Of a stretch of 64,000 bases of DNA, positions 43,358-60,176 are shown one piece after another. Each line of letters starts with the position of its first letter. Position 1 is the stretch's first letter. The DNA comes from the human T2T-CHM13v2.0 reference genome, Homo sapiens: NCBI RefSeq assembly GCF_009914755.1, contig NC_060926.1, one strand, 5' to 3'. Both the position numbers and the translations under genes were made by a program. A model generated the notes under the pieces. It saw only the letters and a program-made list of their open reading frames with translations, was not told the origin of the DNA and did not search any database.

Positions 43358-46300
43358 TCAGGTTTTGGTTTAATTCATTTTCTCTATTTTTCTAACAGCA
43401 GTTTTGGTTTCTACTCTAATTTTTTTTTTCTGCTTTCTTCCGGCTTATATTGTTTTTCTTTCTCTAGTGTCATAAGGTGGAAGCTTAGATTGCTGATTTT
43501 AGATCTTTATTCTTTTGCAATATATGCATTCAGTGCTATAAATTTCCCTCTAAGCACAGCTTTCACTGCATCCCACAAGTTTTGATTAGTTTTCTTTTCA
43601 TTTTCATTTAATCCAAAATATTTTAAAATTTCTCTTGAGATGTCTTCTTCAATTACTTTGTTATTTATACATTTTTAATTTATTCCTAAATATTTGGGAT
43701 TTTCCAATTATCTTTCTGTTATTCATTTTTAGCTTTATTCCATTATGGTCTGTGAATATGTTTGTATGATTTTTAATTTCTTAATTTGTCAAGGTATATT
43801 TTATGGCCTAGAGTGTGGTCTCTCTCAGTGAATGTTCCATGTGACCTAGAGAATAATGTGTATTCTGCTCTATTGGATGGAGAATTCTATATCATTTATA
43901 TCAAGATGATTGCCAGTGCTGTTTAAAGTTAGCTATATCCTCACTGATTTTCTGATTGTTTTATCAGTCTGTTGTTGAAAAGATGTTGAACTATCCAGCT
44001 ATAAGAGTGGATTTGTCTATTTCTCCCTGCAATCTTAACTGTTTTCGCCTCACATATTTTGACAGTCTGTTGTTATGTGTGTACACATTGAGGATTGTTA
44101 TGTCTTCTTGGAGAATTGTCCCCTTTAAAATTATGTAGTGACCATCTCTGTGTCTCTGACAATTTTTCTTAGTCTCAAATCTGCTTTGTCTGAAATTAAT
44201 ATAGCTACTGCAGCTTTTTTAAATTAGTGTTAGCATGATACAGCTTTCTCCATCCCTTTACTTTTAATCTGTGTCTTTATATTTAGTGTAGGTTTCTTAT
44301 AGGCCACATATAGTCAGATCCAATCCATTCTGACAGTCTCTGTTTTTTAATTGGTATGTCTACTACGTCATTCACATTTGAAGTGATTGTTGATATTATT
44401 GGATAAATATCCACCTTGTTTGTAACTTATATATTCATTGCACTTGTTCTTTGTTTCCTTTTTTCATCTTCCCCTCTTCTTCTGCCTTCTCTGGCTTTGA
44501 GTATTTTATATGATTCCATTTTCTCTCGTCCTTTACTATATTATAATTCTTTCAAGAAACATTTTTGTGGTTGTCCTATGGTTTGCAAAATACATTTGCA
44601 AGTAGTCTAAGTTAACTTTCAAGTAACACTGTATCATTTCATGGGTAGCACAGACATCTTTTAGTAATATATTCCAGATTCCTCCTTCTTATCCTTTTTA
44701 ACATTGCTGTCATTCATTTTCCTTATCCATATGCCATAATCGCCCAATACATTGATGCTATTATTACTTTGAATAGTTATCTATTAGATAATTAAGAATA
44801 AGAAGAATAAAATGCCTTATTTTACCTTCACTTATTCCTTATCTGATGTTCTCCTTTCTTTATCCAAGTGTCTGATCTATATCATTTTCCTTCTCTTTTA
44901 GAAATTTCTTTTAATATTTCTTGCAAAGGAGGTCTACTGACTTTGCAATAGATGTTAAAATATTTTACTGACCTGCCTTGCAAGAAAATTATCCCAGTTT
45001 TTGTTTGTCTAAGAAAGTCTTATTTTTTCCTTCATTTTGAGGGATAATTTCACTGGATACAGAATTCTAAATTTGTAGTTTTTCTTTTTTTCTTTCAACA
45101 CTAAATATTTTACACTCTTCTTCCTTGATAAGAAATCTGATGTAATTCTTATTGTTGTCTCTCTACAGGTAAAGTATTTAGTTCCTCTGAATTCTTTCAA
45201 AGTTTTCTGTTTGTCTTTGGTTTTCTCCAGTTTGAATATGATATGCAGATTTTGTTTTCGGTATTTATCCCTCCTGGTTTTCTCTGGGCTTCCTAGATCT
45301 GTGATTCAGTATCTGTCATTATTTTGAAAACAGTTCAGTCATTAGTACTTCAAATATATCTTCTGCCCTTTTGTTTCTTTTCCTTTTGTTATTCCCATTT
45401 CCCATTATGCATATGTTACACCTTCTATAATTGCCTCACAGTTGTTATATGTTCTGTTTGGGTTTTCTTTTTTTTTTTCCATTCTTTTTTCTGTTTGCAT
45501 TTCAATTTGGTGAAGTTTCTGTTGACATGTCTTCAAGGTCAGTGATTCTTTACTTGGTTGTGTTCACTCTGCTGATGAACTATCAAAGAATTCTATATTT
45601 TTGTTACAGCATTTTTGATTTCTGGCACTTCCTTTTGATTCTTTTTAGGGTTTCCAGCTCTCTGATTATATTACCCACCTATTCTTGCATGTTGTCTACT
45701 TTTTCCATATAAAGTGCTTTATATAAATATTATGAAATTCCTTGGTAATGCTAGTATAATGTAGGAGTAATGCCCAAGTAAAACCCTAATCCTAGTATAA
45801 TAGGTTTGATTACTTGATTTGGCAAGTGACACATCCAAATTTGTGTAGTAAGAGCTGTGGTGTAATATAGCCCCATGCATTCAAGCTCTTATTCTAGATA
45901 TTTTTTTTTTCTGTTTTATGGTATCAAATAGTAATAACATGATTATTTTTGTCCTTTTTGTCAAGAGTAGGTTTATATAACTCTGTATGTTAATTTATTA
46001 AAAGAGAAAGATCCCAATGTGTATCTAAATTTCATTTGAAAGTGCAATAGAAAATACGTAATTTAAATAGTATTTTGGCTTTAGAATGCAGGCTTCTGAT
46101 GAAAAGTTCTGGTTTTCTTCTCTGTATATGCTTTTCTTTTTATTTATTTCCCTATAGAAGAAAATTAGTAAGGGCTTTTCAACAGTCGAACCAGTTTTGC
46201 ATTTCTATGACTATCAGAGGAGACAATGCCTGTAACACTCTTACACTCTTAGCACAGGCTTAACAGAAGAAACTGCTGCACAAATGTAGGCTCCTGTTAT

Positions 46301-46379
46301 ACATATTAGATTTATAAATTCTATGCATATGTTTTTAATCTTGATGTTTGCATCTCATCTCACCTAATCTTTAAAAAGG

Positions 46380-48440
<2,061 letters not shown>

Positions 48441-50481
48441 TTTTTTGATTTATGAACATGAGATGTCTTTCTTACCACTTAGGCCTTCTGTGATTTCTTT
48501 AAACAATTTTTTGTTGTGGTTTCCAGAGTATAAGTTTGCACTTACTTTGTTAAATGTATTCCTAAATATTGCATTCTTTTCTATGTAAATGGAAAAAAAG
48601 TTTGACTTTCTATATTTTAAACTTTAAAATAAAAAAACCTCTCCCATGACGGTTAACTGTCTGCATCTCATGGCAAATCATTGAGTTCCTGAAGTGAAGT
48701 CTTTATGGCAGATATGTGTGGCTCTTCTTTCTCTTTTATCATCCCAATCTCATTCATTTCTTCTATTTCCTTCTATGTCTTCATTCCACTCCTTCCTTAT
48801 ATTGTTCACTGCACTTGTGGGAGACAAAAATTTTGTCTGATATTTCTTACCTAAAATACTCTGATCACTCTGACTTTAATCAGAAAACTCACTGAAATGA
48901 AGGATTGAGGTTAGCCAGATGTGCTGATTACCTGAGATGTAACACAACTTCCTTTCATTGAAATCAAAGTTTCAGATCTATCATTCTAAACTTCATTTCT
49001 CCTTCTTTGGCAAGTATGTTTGTGTGAAATCAGTTGCTGAGATATATAGGAGGCAGTAAAATTGGCTTTGCTGCAGTCCTCCCTGTCTGGGACTTCTGTA
49101 TGTGCTACATTTTCTTACACTCCTTCTTCCTAAAGGTAGAGTGAAATGATTGGGTCCATTTCCATTTGAGTGTATGCAGCATGTGCTAAAACATAAATCA
49201 ATAACAGGCCTGGGATATGGGCCCCAGAAGAACACCGGCCTTTACTGAAGTGGCTATTTCTTGGGCAGGACTTTACAAATTTATCCTTGTCCCCATTCCC
49301 TGACTCCTCTGGAGAAAGGAAAACAGCCTCCAGGGACTTCAGGAAGCTTTCAGGATTACCTGTGGCTTCATGCTCCAGAGAGGGGCACAGGAGAGCTATT
49401 GTGTCCTAGAAATTACCTGGCATGTGAGCTGGCCCGGCCCTTCTCCTGTACAGCAGGCCCAGAACTGATCTGTGAAAGTGTGGATCTAGACTACCTCTGT
49501 AAACAGAAACCTGAAGACTCAGAGTTGGAGTCAACACATCTGGAAAATGACCTCCGACAAACAACAGAACCACCAGGTAGTCAGGGATCCTTCCCAGTGA
49601 AATCTGCTACCTTTGGGACTGATCTGCAGAAGAAGCAAGTCATGGAAACATCTGGACTGCACCATCCCACATGGACGATAGAGAAGGGGTGGAGATTATT
49701 AGCACTGTCGCAACTTAGAGGCAGGGAGAACTACAAATCTATGAGTTGGCAAACCTGAGTTCCATGTGCAGTTGCACAAAAGATTTTAAATATGGCTTTA
49801 ATTGATTGACTAACTCATTATGATCATTCCACAAACAGGTATTGAGTACCTGCTTACTGTTAGACATGGTATTTGGTGATAGGGCCATAAGATAAATTAA
49901 ACTTAGCCAATGCTGTTTAGGAGCCTGCTTGTTGACATTTTAAATCATTCTGTTTATTTTCTAGTCTGTAGAATATGGAAAATATAATCCCATTTGTTTC
50001 CCAGGAAGCTGGCTATCAAATGAGTCTAGTTCCCTCATAGTTTGAGGGATTGTTTCTTATTACACGGTCGCCTAGGATGGAGCAAGTCAGACCTGGAAAG
50101 TCTACCTCATTAGGAGCCTTCCTCCTCCATGGGGCAGAAAGAAAAGGGAGTAGAAGGAAGGAAGGGAAGTTGGGAGGGAAAGTTAGGACCATCAGTCAGA
50201 GAAGCAGCATGATCAGCAAAGCTCTCACAGTGGACTGGACCATCCCAGGTCAAATGGACATCTAGAGGCCCTGTCCTGTGTCCTCGGAGATGGCACCCCA
50301 GACTTCTCCCAGACCTTCAAATCCCTGCTAAGAGTGGAATGTGAAGGCTGTGGAAGTGATTATTTAATTCTGTGTTTTATTACCATTTTTTACACATTTC
50401 TCTCAAACACTAGATTTTCATATCCTCAGTCACAGACCATGGTTCCATGGTTTATACATCATTTTGAAATTTTTTATTGCA

Positions 50482-50744
50482 TTTTAGAGCCAAGGTCTCA
50501 CTCTGTCATCCAGCCTGGAGTGCAGTGGTATAATCATAGCTTACTGCAGCCTCAAACTCATGGGCTCAAGCAATCCTCCTGTTTCAGCTTCTCAAGTAGC
50601 TAGGACTATAGGCACATGCCACCATGCCCAGCTAATTTTTTATTTTGTAGAGATGGGGTCTTGGTATGTTGCCAGACTGGTCTCGAACTCCTGGTCTCAA
50701 GTGATCCTCCCACATCAGCCTCCCAAAATGGTAGGATTACAGGT
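50482..50744 (-). mobile_element. AluJ
   Basis: J-type aatcatagcttactgcagcctcaaactcatgggctcaagc. Confidence 0.85.
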
Positions 50745-51639
50745 GATGACAAGATTATTGATGGTTTGTACATTTTTTATCATCTTGCTTCCCCAGCCCT
50801 GTGCCTAATACTGTCAGTAATTATTATTGTTACGGCTAATTATTGCTGCATGCTTACTTTATTGTAAGTACTGTGCTTAAGCTAATAGCATGTGTTATTA
50901 ACTTGAATATTTGCAACAATCAATGAATTTGGGACCTTATTTATCTCCATTTTACACATGAGGAAACAGCCACTTGAAGAGGTTCACTTGCACAAATTCC
51001 CACATTTCTACAAACTGGCAGAGAGGATTTGAACCCAAGATTTAAAGAAAAGTTTTAAGCCTACATAAAATGAACTCTGTGAGACCTCGCACCATGGCCC
51101 CACATGATGTGCCTCCACTCCTCTCATGCCTCCTCAGGGACTTCACTTCTACAACCAACTTTTATTTACCCTGCCTCATCCTTTTCTGTCTCCCTGCTGC
51201 ACCAATCTCACCAGTGTACACACATGCCTAAGTATCCCCTATTAAAAAAAAAAATAAAAAAAAAACCTTCCCTGACCATATATCCCCACATACAGCCCCA
51301 ATTTCTCTGATTCTCCTTTTGTGTTCCTGAAAAAGCAAACAATGTCACTAGCCCATCATATTTTTTCAGGTCCCAGACATTTTTGCAGAGCCTTAAAAAG
51401 CCCGTAGGGACTATGTGCTTGCTGCCAGACTGGGATGCAATATAGTTTTAGTTGGTCAGAAAAGCTGACCTAGATATCCTACCATGGTTCAGTTTCCAAT
51501 AGAGCTCCTAAGACAGAAAAGGATGAGGCAGGGCAAATAAAAGTTGGTTGAGAGAAGACACAATTCTGCACGAACTTCCACATATGTTAATGTAAGAACA
51601 AAGAACAATCTCATTACATGGTGGTTGTTTTTTGTTCAT

Positions 51640-51912
<273 letters not shown>

Positions 51913-52284
51913 AGTTGTGAAGAAGGAAGAGCAAGCTGTAACATGGCCTAGTGGGGCTGGCTGTGCCCCGAGGAATGAGCCTCTTTAGGAAAGACATCAC
52001 CAACACCAGTGACAAGGATTAAGCTAGACTTGAGGGCATGAAACCTCAATAAATCAGGCTTCATTAATCTGGAATTCATGCAATTAGACTGAGTCTGCCA
52101 ACCCTTTCTTCGGAGTCATGCAAATTCACCGTAAAAACAAAATTGTAAAAGGAGTGTTTAAGAGAGGTAGTACATCCCTCATATTCAACTAGAATGTGTC
52201 TGGAGGCACTGGTGAATGGTGATAGAACTTTAAATTCCCTCTGTACAATGCAATCAGGTGGAAGGAAAAATTTTGAGTGACTGT

Positions 52285-53545
52285 TCTTTTTTTAGTTTTT
52301 TATCTATTCGTAGTATTTGTACATATTTATGGGGTACATGTGATATTCTGACACATATAAAATATGTAATGATCAAATTGGGGTATTTATGATATCCAAT
52401 CACCTTTAACATTTGTCATTTCTTTGTGTTTGGAACATTTCAAATCTTCTAGCTATTTTGAAATATACAATATGTTATTAACTATACTCACCCTTCTGTT
52501 TTCAAATACTAGAACTTATTTCTTCTGTCTAGCTGTATGTTTGTACCCATTAACCAACCTCTCTTCATCCTCTCCCCCTACACATACCTTTCCCAATTTC
52601 ATTCTACTCTCTCTCTCTACCTCTGTGAGATTAAAGTTTTTAGTTCCCACATATGAATGAAGACATGAGATATTTGTCTTTCTGTGCCTGACTGATTTCA
52701 CTCAACATAATGACCTCCAGTTCCATCCATGTTACTGCAAATGACATGATTTTTTTTTTTATGGTTGAACAGTATTCCATTGGGTATATACCACACTTTT
52801 TAAATCCATTCGTCTGTTGATGGACATGCAGGTTGATTTCATGTCTTGGCTATTGTGAATAGTGCTGCAATAAACATGGTGCAGGTATCCCTTTGATATG
52901 CTGAGTTCCTATCATTTGGATAAATACCCAGTGGTGGGATTGCTGGATTGTATGCTAGTTCCATTTTTAGTTTTTTGAGAAATCTCTACACTGTTTTCCA
53001 TAATGGCTGTACAAATTTACATTCCCACCAACAGTGTATAAGAATTCCTTTCTCTCTACATCCTCCCCAGCATCTGTTACTTTTGGTCTTTTTGATAATA
53101 GACATTGTAACTGTGGTAAGATGATATCTCATGGTGGTCTTATAATAATTTGCATTTCTCTGATGATTAGTGATGTTGAGAATGTTTTCATATACCTGTT
53201 GGCCATTTGTGTGTCTTCTTTCGAGAAATGTATATTCAGATCCTTTGCCCACTTTTTAGTGGGATTATTTGGTGGTTTTCTTTCTGTTTTGTTGAGTTCC
53301 TTGTATATTCTAGAAATTAGTCCCTTGTTGAATGAATAGTTTGCATATATTTTCCCTCATTCCACAGGTTGTCTCTTCATTCTGTTGATTGTTTCCTTTG
53401 CTGTACAGAAGGTTTTTGGTTTAATATAGTCCCATTTGTCCATTTTTGCTGTGTTGCTGGTGCTTTTGGAGTCTTAGCCATAAAATCTTTGCCTACACCA
53501 ATGTCCTGGAGCAAGTAGTTTTATAGTCCCAGGACCTTCATATTC
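52285..53545 (-). mobile_element. L1MA-type 3' fragment
   Basis: ORF 52986-53252 contains the ORF2 C-terminal motif [14 protein letters not shown]. Confidence 0.85.
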
Positions 53546-54623
53546 TTAATGATTCTCTATAGTCATGTATGAACTTGGCTAAGGATGCTTATCCTCAGAC
53601 AACTTGTCTTTTTACTGCCATCACCAGCAATTGGTGTTTTTTTTCTGGGGCCATTATCCTCAAACTTACTTTTCTCTGTTCCCAAGGATTACAGGAACTC
53701 TGAAGTCAAGTAGAAAATGTTAATGCTACTTTGACATGAGGGGGTGGGCAATGCTGCACTCACTAGCTAATGGATTCACTCCCATACACTAACCTTGCTG
53801 TCCACAGGATTCAAATTTATGCCTCAGCAAAAATCACTGTGTGGAATGGATCCTCAGTCACTAATTCCATGACTGCCAACTTTACAGATGTCAAGGCTGC
53901 CAAATGTCAAGGCTCTGTTATAGTTCAAGGTAGCAGGTTTTAATCTCAGCTGCATCTTAATTCATTGTGAGATTAAAAGTAATATTTTTTTAAAATGTAC
54001 CCACAGGTGCAAATAATTCCCATTAAAAATAAGTAAGAGTGAGGGTGGTTGACTAAAGATTATCCCTACAATAACATGATTTTCTTACTCAAATTATGAT
54101 TTTTTTTGGAAGGAAAAAATAGTGCTGTCTAAATATAATTGCCAAAGACCCACAGCCTCACTTACCTAAGACCAAATATACAACAAGTGATCATTATGAC
54201 GTTATCATTAGCAGTTGGGTATTTTCAGTATTATTGGTTAAAACTTCCTGAGAAGCTTTTGAGGTTTCGTGGGAATGTCAAACACACACACATTATCTAC
54301 CATATGTGCCACAGCAGGAGAGAGCTTTAGAAATGCTGCTGAAGAAAGTGTATAAGCTATTTTCAAGGGCTCCAAGAAGTTCCAGTTATTTATCCACAGA
54401 CACTTAAAATATTAAATTAAAAGTCTCATCTAGTCCACAAAACGGTTTGCAAAGAGCATGTTACTAAGGAAAAAATTTACCTGAATGAATTTTATTAATT
54501 CCAATAGTAACTCAATTTAACTGTAATAAAATGCATTTTAAAATTTAGATCCCAAATGGTTCATATAAACGTTTCTATGCTAAGTTGAATTAATTTTCAC
54601 TATGTGAGCTATTTGATCTTATT

Positions 54624-54800
54624 CAGTGGTTCTCAAATCTGGCTGCATATTAGCATTTACTGGGGCACTCTGAAAAAAATACCAATGCCAGGATCCTACC
54701 CTAGAGATTCTGATTTAATTTGCCTGGGGAGCAAACTCACAAGCATTATTTTTTTCAAAGTTCCAGGTGACTCTAATGTGCAGCCAGCACTGAAAACCTC
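54624..54800. mobile_element. MER5A-type hAT MITE
   Basis: cagtggttctcaaatctggctgca...agagattctgatttaatt...ccaggtgactctaatgtgcagcca. Confidence 0.8.
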
Positions 54801-56299
54801 TCATTTTAAATAGTTATTTTGATAGACAGAGAGTTAGAGGAAGTAAACCTACCAAGAACGACTCATTGGTTGAATTTATTATTCAGATATTCTAGGAGTT
54901 TTATTGATTAATTTCCAGTTGACCACTTATCAGATTACTGTACTCACCTCATTCCTATGAACTATACTAGTAGATGCCCCACACTCTGAACACTAATGGC
55001 CAGTGGGCTAATCTTGACTTTGCCTGTGCACTTCTGCTTCCTCAAGTTGAATTCTGTTTATCTAGAATCATTTGGGTTTGTTTTATGCGTATTATTCCCA
55101 AAATTACATAATTTAATTTATTAAATAGTATTAAACTCATCAAGTAATACTGTGAAAATAAAGAGCTGCTGTACTGATGAACACAAAAAAGATGAATGCT
55201 TTGGAAAGACTCAGTAAAGTTGACATGCTAAAAGTATTTTACTGTTAGATTAGGCAACTATAAAACATTGGAGAAAATATTAGAACAATCTTAAAAATTC
55301 TACATTCAAACTGATCTGCAAGTATTTTTTAAATTTTTGCTCCACTTTAAATACACAGAAACTACACATCATAGGTGATGCATTATGGATATAGTTCACT
55401 TAAAAAATATACCCCAAATTCCAAAATGGAGATGCATGGTTAAAGAAAAGACTAGAGTCTTACATCACAAGATTAATAAATGAATGCATTTTCCTCCATG
55501 TTTATTGTCCCCTCCCGTGTGCTTTGTTGCTCCAGGGTTCAATTCTCTGTTTCTTTTGGGTCACTCTGTGGCTTGCAGCATGACCACCTACCCATTTATG
55601 AATTCTCTTCTCTCTTCTCTACCATCTTTCTTAAGGAACATTTCTGCCATGATTTGCCAGCCAGCTCCATGCAGTCAAACTACCCAGTGCACGACTCTGG
55701 ACACCTCACTACTGGACCATCCCTCTTCAAGCCCACACTTAATATAGAATACAGCACAGGACATGCTCCATAGTAAGGGCTCTGCTCTCTCAAAAGGACG
55801 GGGGGACAAAGGGCTCCAAGTGTCCCACCAGGAAATTATTTGGATATCATGTTATATTTGTAAAACTAATAAAACACATTCAGAAAGTTACCAGAAATGT
55901 CTTATGTACCATAAACCATATTTTTAGAACAGTATATTATCAGTTTTGTATTGCAAGCATTGCTTATTATATCTCTGAGATGTCTTTCAAATCCCACTCC
56001 TTCTCTATTTCCTCAGTGAGGCCAGGACCAGGTCTACTTTCCCTCTTGCCTAGATGATTTCATAGCCGTCCCCGCTTGATGATCCGCCTAGTTTCACTCC
56101 TTCCCTCTAAGCCATTGTCACATCTTGCAGTCAAAGTTGCCGTTCTAAAGCACTTGCCTGTTTTAATTCCTCCTGTGCAACCCACCCCAGGATCCTATGG
56201 GAAAAAAAAACAGACTCCTCAACCCAGCATGTAGCCTTTGCAGCCTGCCTCAACCTACCTCCCCAACCTCACCCTCACCCTATATACATAGCTGACCCA

Positions 56300-56880
56300 T
56301 CTGTTAAAATGTCTTTGGCTCTTAGAACCAGAAATAGAAAATCCTTACTCAACTGTGTCCTATAAAGTAGGAAATTAGTTGTCTCACTTTGGAGGAAAAT
56401 CAGAAGCGTAGGAAGCTCTAAGTTGGTTTACTTAATGGCTTGATGACCCCATCAAGGACAAGATCTTTGCATCTTTTCATACAGTCATTTTTGAAGTATC
56501 AGCTTGGTCCTCAGGTTAGCTCCCTTCATGACTACAAGATCACTGCAGGAGTCACATCCAGACACAATAGCATTCGACAGAGGAGGATGCACTGTCTCTT
56601 ACTTGTGTGTGTGTCTTTTAAAGAACAAAGAAACCCTTCAAGCAGCCCTTCAATAGACCTTCCCCTTGCAACTCATCAGCTGGAATAGATTGCATGCCCC
56701 TGTCTATACCAATTACTGCAAGGGGAATAGGAATTTTATGATTGATTTAGGCTAGTCAGGATTTACTGTGAGTTGAGACAGAGTCATCTTCCCTGAAGAC
56801 TGGATAACTGGAAAAAAATCAAGGTTCTGTTAACAAGTAGGGTGATGGATATTGGGTAGACATTAACAGTACCTGCCACA
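56300..56880. mobile_element. Old MLT1-type LTR
   Basis: Degenerate MLT1K/L-like motifs ending acctgccaca. Confidence 0.45.
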
Positions 56881-58080
56881 CTCCCTCACCCTGACACACA
56901 CACAAATACACACACACACTGCATGCAAACACATACGTGTGCTCCCCACCTCACCTGGATCATTGCCACCTCCAAGCACATCACATTCATTCAAACAGAT
57001 ATTTTATTACTGAGCACATAGGACGGGGCAGCACTGTGCCAGGCACCCGGGATCCAGTGGGGAGCAGGTCCTTTCATCACGGAGGGCGTTGTCCAGGATC
57101 CTCTCATCCTCCCTCCCTGATATTGTGTCTCTCTAGTCAACCCCTAAGCATCTAGGCCCAGCTCATAGGGCATCTCCTCTATGGAGCCTTTCCTAACCCT
57201 CATGTCCACACAGTCTCTAGGAGAATTACGTAGTTCTTAATCGTTGTTCCCAAAGCACTTCATACACCACTTACTACAACATCAATCACACTGTGTTGGG
57301 GCATGCCGGTGTGTCTCCTCAAACAGGAAATGAACACCTCTGCATCAGGGCATGTGTTTATTTTTATAACAGTTTTATCTTAGAATAGTATCTACTAGTG
57401 CTTAACAATGCTTAGAGACATAATAGATGCTGAATAAATGATGGCCTGGATGATCTGAATGTATATAAAACTATATTACACTTGATTTACTGTGCTCAGC
57501 ATGTAAGAACATATAATAATTCTCCCAAACTTATTTCAGGGTGTCCCATGTGACTAGATAAGAGAATGAATTTTGTTTGATTAGGTGCATTCTTAGGCTA
57601 TGTGTAAGAATTGTGAAATTATGACATACCCCTAAATGATATAAAATGATGGAGACCCAATTAGGAAGAAGAACTTAATTAAGCAAGGGTTTTAAGTCCT
57701 GAAATTATAAGCTTTTTTCAGTTTTGTTTTAGTTATGTTATTACACTGTGTGGGTCTGATTTTTTCCTTCCATTTAACTGCTGCATTCTCTAGTCTATGC
57801 TAAAATGCCTCCACTTGCAATATGGAATATTGCCTTTGTGAAAAATGCCTTTGACCTGTTTCTGCTTCCTAGTGCCTTATTTGGGGTCTTAGCTTTGTGG
57901 GTTCATGACTCTCTGTGAAGCAGCATCAACTGTCCAGGGCTCTAGCACAGTCCAGGGCCATTCAAAACAGAGGTGGAAATGATGTACATAGAAGTGATTT
58001 GTCAACCATAAAGTGCTTTAGAAACATGAAGAGGTTGTTACTATTACTAGTTGGTGCTGTGAGAAATAGATGGTGCAGAC

Positions 58081-58416
58081 CAGGATTGGCAAACTTTTCC
58101 TGTAAGAGCCAGGTAGTAAATATTTCAGGCTTTGCAGGTGCCTTGTGGTCTTTGTTACAACTACCCAACTCTGCTGCTGTAGTACAAAAGCTGCCATAGG
58201 CATTACAGTCAAATGAGCATGGCTGTGCTCCAACATAACTTTATTTATGGATACTGAAATTTGAATTTCATAAAATGTTCATGTGTCATAAAATACTTTT
58301 CCTCTTTTGATTTCTTTCTACTATTTAAAAGTGTAAAAATAATGCATAGCTCACAAGCTATGGAAAATGGGTGGTGGACCAGATTTGGACCATGGGCCAT
58401 AGTTTGCTGACCTCTG
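58081..58416. mobile_element. MER58 (B-like) hAT element
   Basis: TIRs caggattggcaaact and agtttgctgacctctg. Confidence 0.85.
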
Positions 58417-58489
58417 CTGTAAACCACAGGAGATTCATCTTACCAAGATGCTGGTAGCCAATGGAGCCTGATATAGAAACCACTTTATT

Positions 58490-58903
58490 TGATATGGTTT
58501 AGATCTATGTCCCCACTCAAATCTCATATTCAATAGTAATCCCCAGTGTTGGTGGTGGGGCATGGTAGGAGGTGATTGGATCAATGGGCAGAGTTCTCAT
58601 GAATGGTTCAGTACCATCCCCCTTGGTACTGTATAGTGAGTGGATTCTCATGAGATCTGGTTGTTTAAAAGTATGTAGCACCTTCCCCCTCCCTCTTCCT
58701 TCTGATCCAGCCATGTAAGAAGTGCCTGTTTCCCCTTTGCCTTCTGCCACGATTGTCAGTTTCCTGAGGCCTCCCCAGAAGCAGAAGCTGCTGCTATACT
58801 TTCTGTACAGCCTGCAGAACCGTGAACCAATTAAACCTCTTTGCTTTATAAATTACCCAGTCTCAGGTATTTCTTCATAGGACTGTGAGAATAGACTAAT
58901 ACA
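58490..58903 (+). mobile_element. MSTA-like MaLR solo LTR
   Basis: tgatatggtttagatctatgtcccc...aattacccagtctcaggtatttc...actaataca. Confidence 0.88.
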
Positions 58904-59968
58904 GAGCCCATTGAGGCTATCTGAACAGTAGCAGAGTAACTACCCAGGAAAATGTCCGACTCATAATAGCAGCATTAGAAAGCCACCTTAACTCTTGGAA
59001 ATTTAACCTTTTTTCTTTGGAAATAATTGTGCTCCTCACATGCCTTGTTCTTTTGACCTGAGTTTATTTTCTACTGGAGATGTTGACTTCTCTGCCTTTG
59101 GGAAAAACCCAGGTCAGTGTGAGTCAGCCCTGTGGGCTAGGGAAGGGGGTGAAGGAGCCCAGGGTGGAAAAATCTCAGGTATCTGAAAAATAGCATTCAA
59201 TCTCTCATCATCCATTGACATAGCTCTTTAGGTCAAGCCTTCAAGCTTTGCCCTGCAGGAAGAAGCAGCATGAGGGGAAGACCCTCTTTGAACTTTAATT
59301 CCCAGCCTTGGAAGGGAAGGCTTGGAGAAGCAACGCCCCAGATTCTGTTAGCCCTCATCAGCTTTTCTCAGCTCTGCTCAGGCAGGGGACTTCAGGACCA
59401 GAAATTGTGTCTGCAGGTGTGGGGGCTGCTTGTCCCAAGGCAAAGGTGAAGGAGAAGCAAGAGCAGAACCCATAGAACATAAGGAACCATAGCTTTGAAT
59501 TTCCTTGTTTGGAGTTAACTTTTCCACCAAAATATAACCTTATGTGGATCGTCTTCCTTACTTTTATCAAGGTGTTCGTTTTCTGTGTTTCAGAACTGAG
59601 GTTATGGGCAGTTTTCTGTTTCAGACCTACCTACTCTAAGAAGCTTTCTTTTATTTCCTATTGCGACCTGAGTTTATTTTCCACTGGAGATGTTGGCTCC
59701 TCTGCCTATGGGAAAAAGCCAGGTCATTGGAAAACGCAAATCTCTCCTTTCCTTGAAGCACATTATCTGAAACTACCTGAAAACTCTTGTGTATGTATCT
59801 TTATATTATATTTATGTTCACACTCACTTACTCGGAGGAGGGGCCCCTGAATCCTCCCTGAGTATTTCTCATGATTCTTATCATAGTGTTTTACCCAAAG
59901 TAGTAATAAATAGTTACCAATTGAATAAAAGTAAAACGTCCAATAAATTGAAATGGGTTCAATTATAG

Positions 59969-60176
59969 AAGCACTGTCCAATAGAACTTTCCGCTATGAT
60001 GGAAGCGTTTTATATCTGTGCCTCTCACAACAGTAGCCACTATCCCCATGTGGCTTCCAAGCACCTGAAATAAGGCTGATGTGAATAAGGAATTGATTTT
60101 TTAATTTTTTTAATTTTAATTAATTTAAATTTAAATAGCCACATGTGACTAGTGGCTACTACATTGTACAGCACAG
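59969..60176. mobile_element. MER3-type hAT MITE
   Basis: gcactgtccaatagaacttt...gccacatgtgactagtggctac...acagcacag. Confidence 0.8.

Larger units (their letters stand above)
40835..45710 (-). mobile_element. Long old L1M (ORF2 through ORF1 relics) with nested insertions
   Basis: ORF 42279-42497 (IYKRPTVNIIVNG...LSPVLFNIILEVL, RT relic) and ORF 45009-45200 (RILYPVKLSLK, ORF1 relic). Confidence 0.8.

Noticed and set aside
49261-49758. 165-codon ORF in apparently unique sequence
   Set aside because: Non-ATG start, no recognisable domain and no convincing splice sites; could be a lncRNA exon but this cannot be supported from sequence.
55110-55480. Possible Tigger-type transposase relic
   Set aside because: Too degenerate to call without a profile search.
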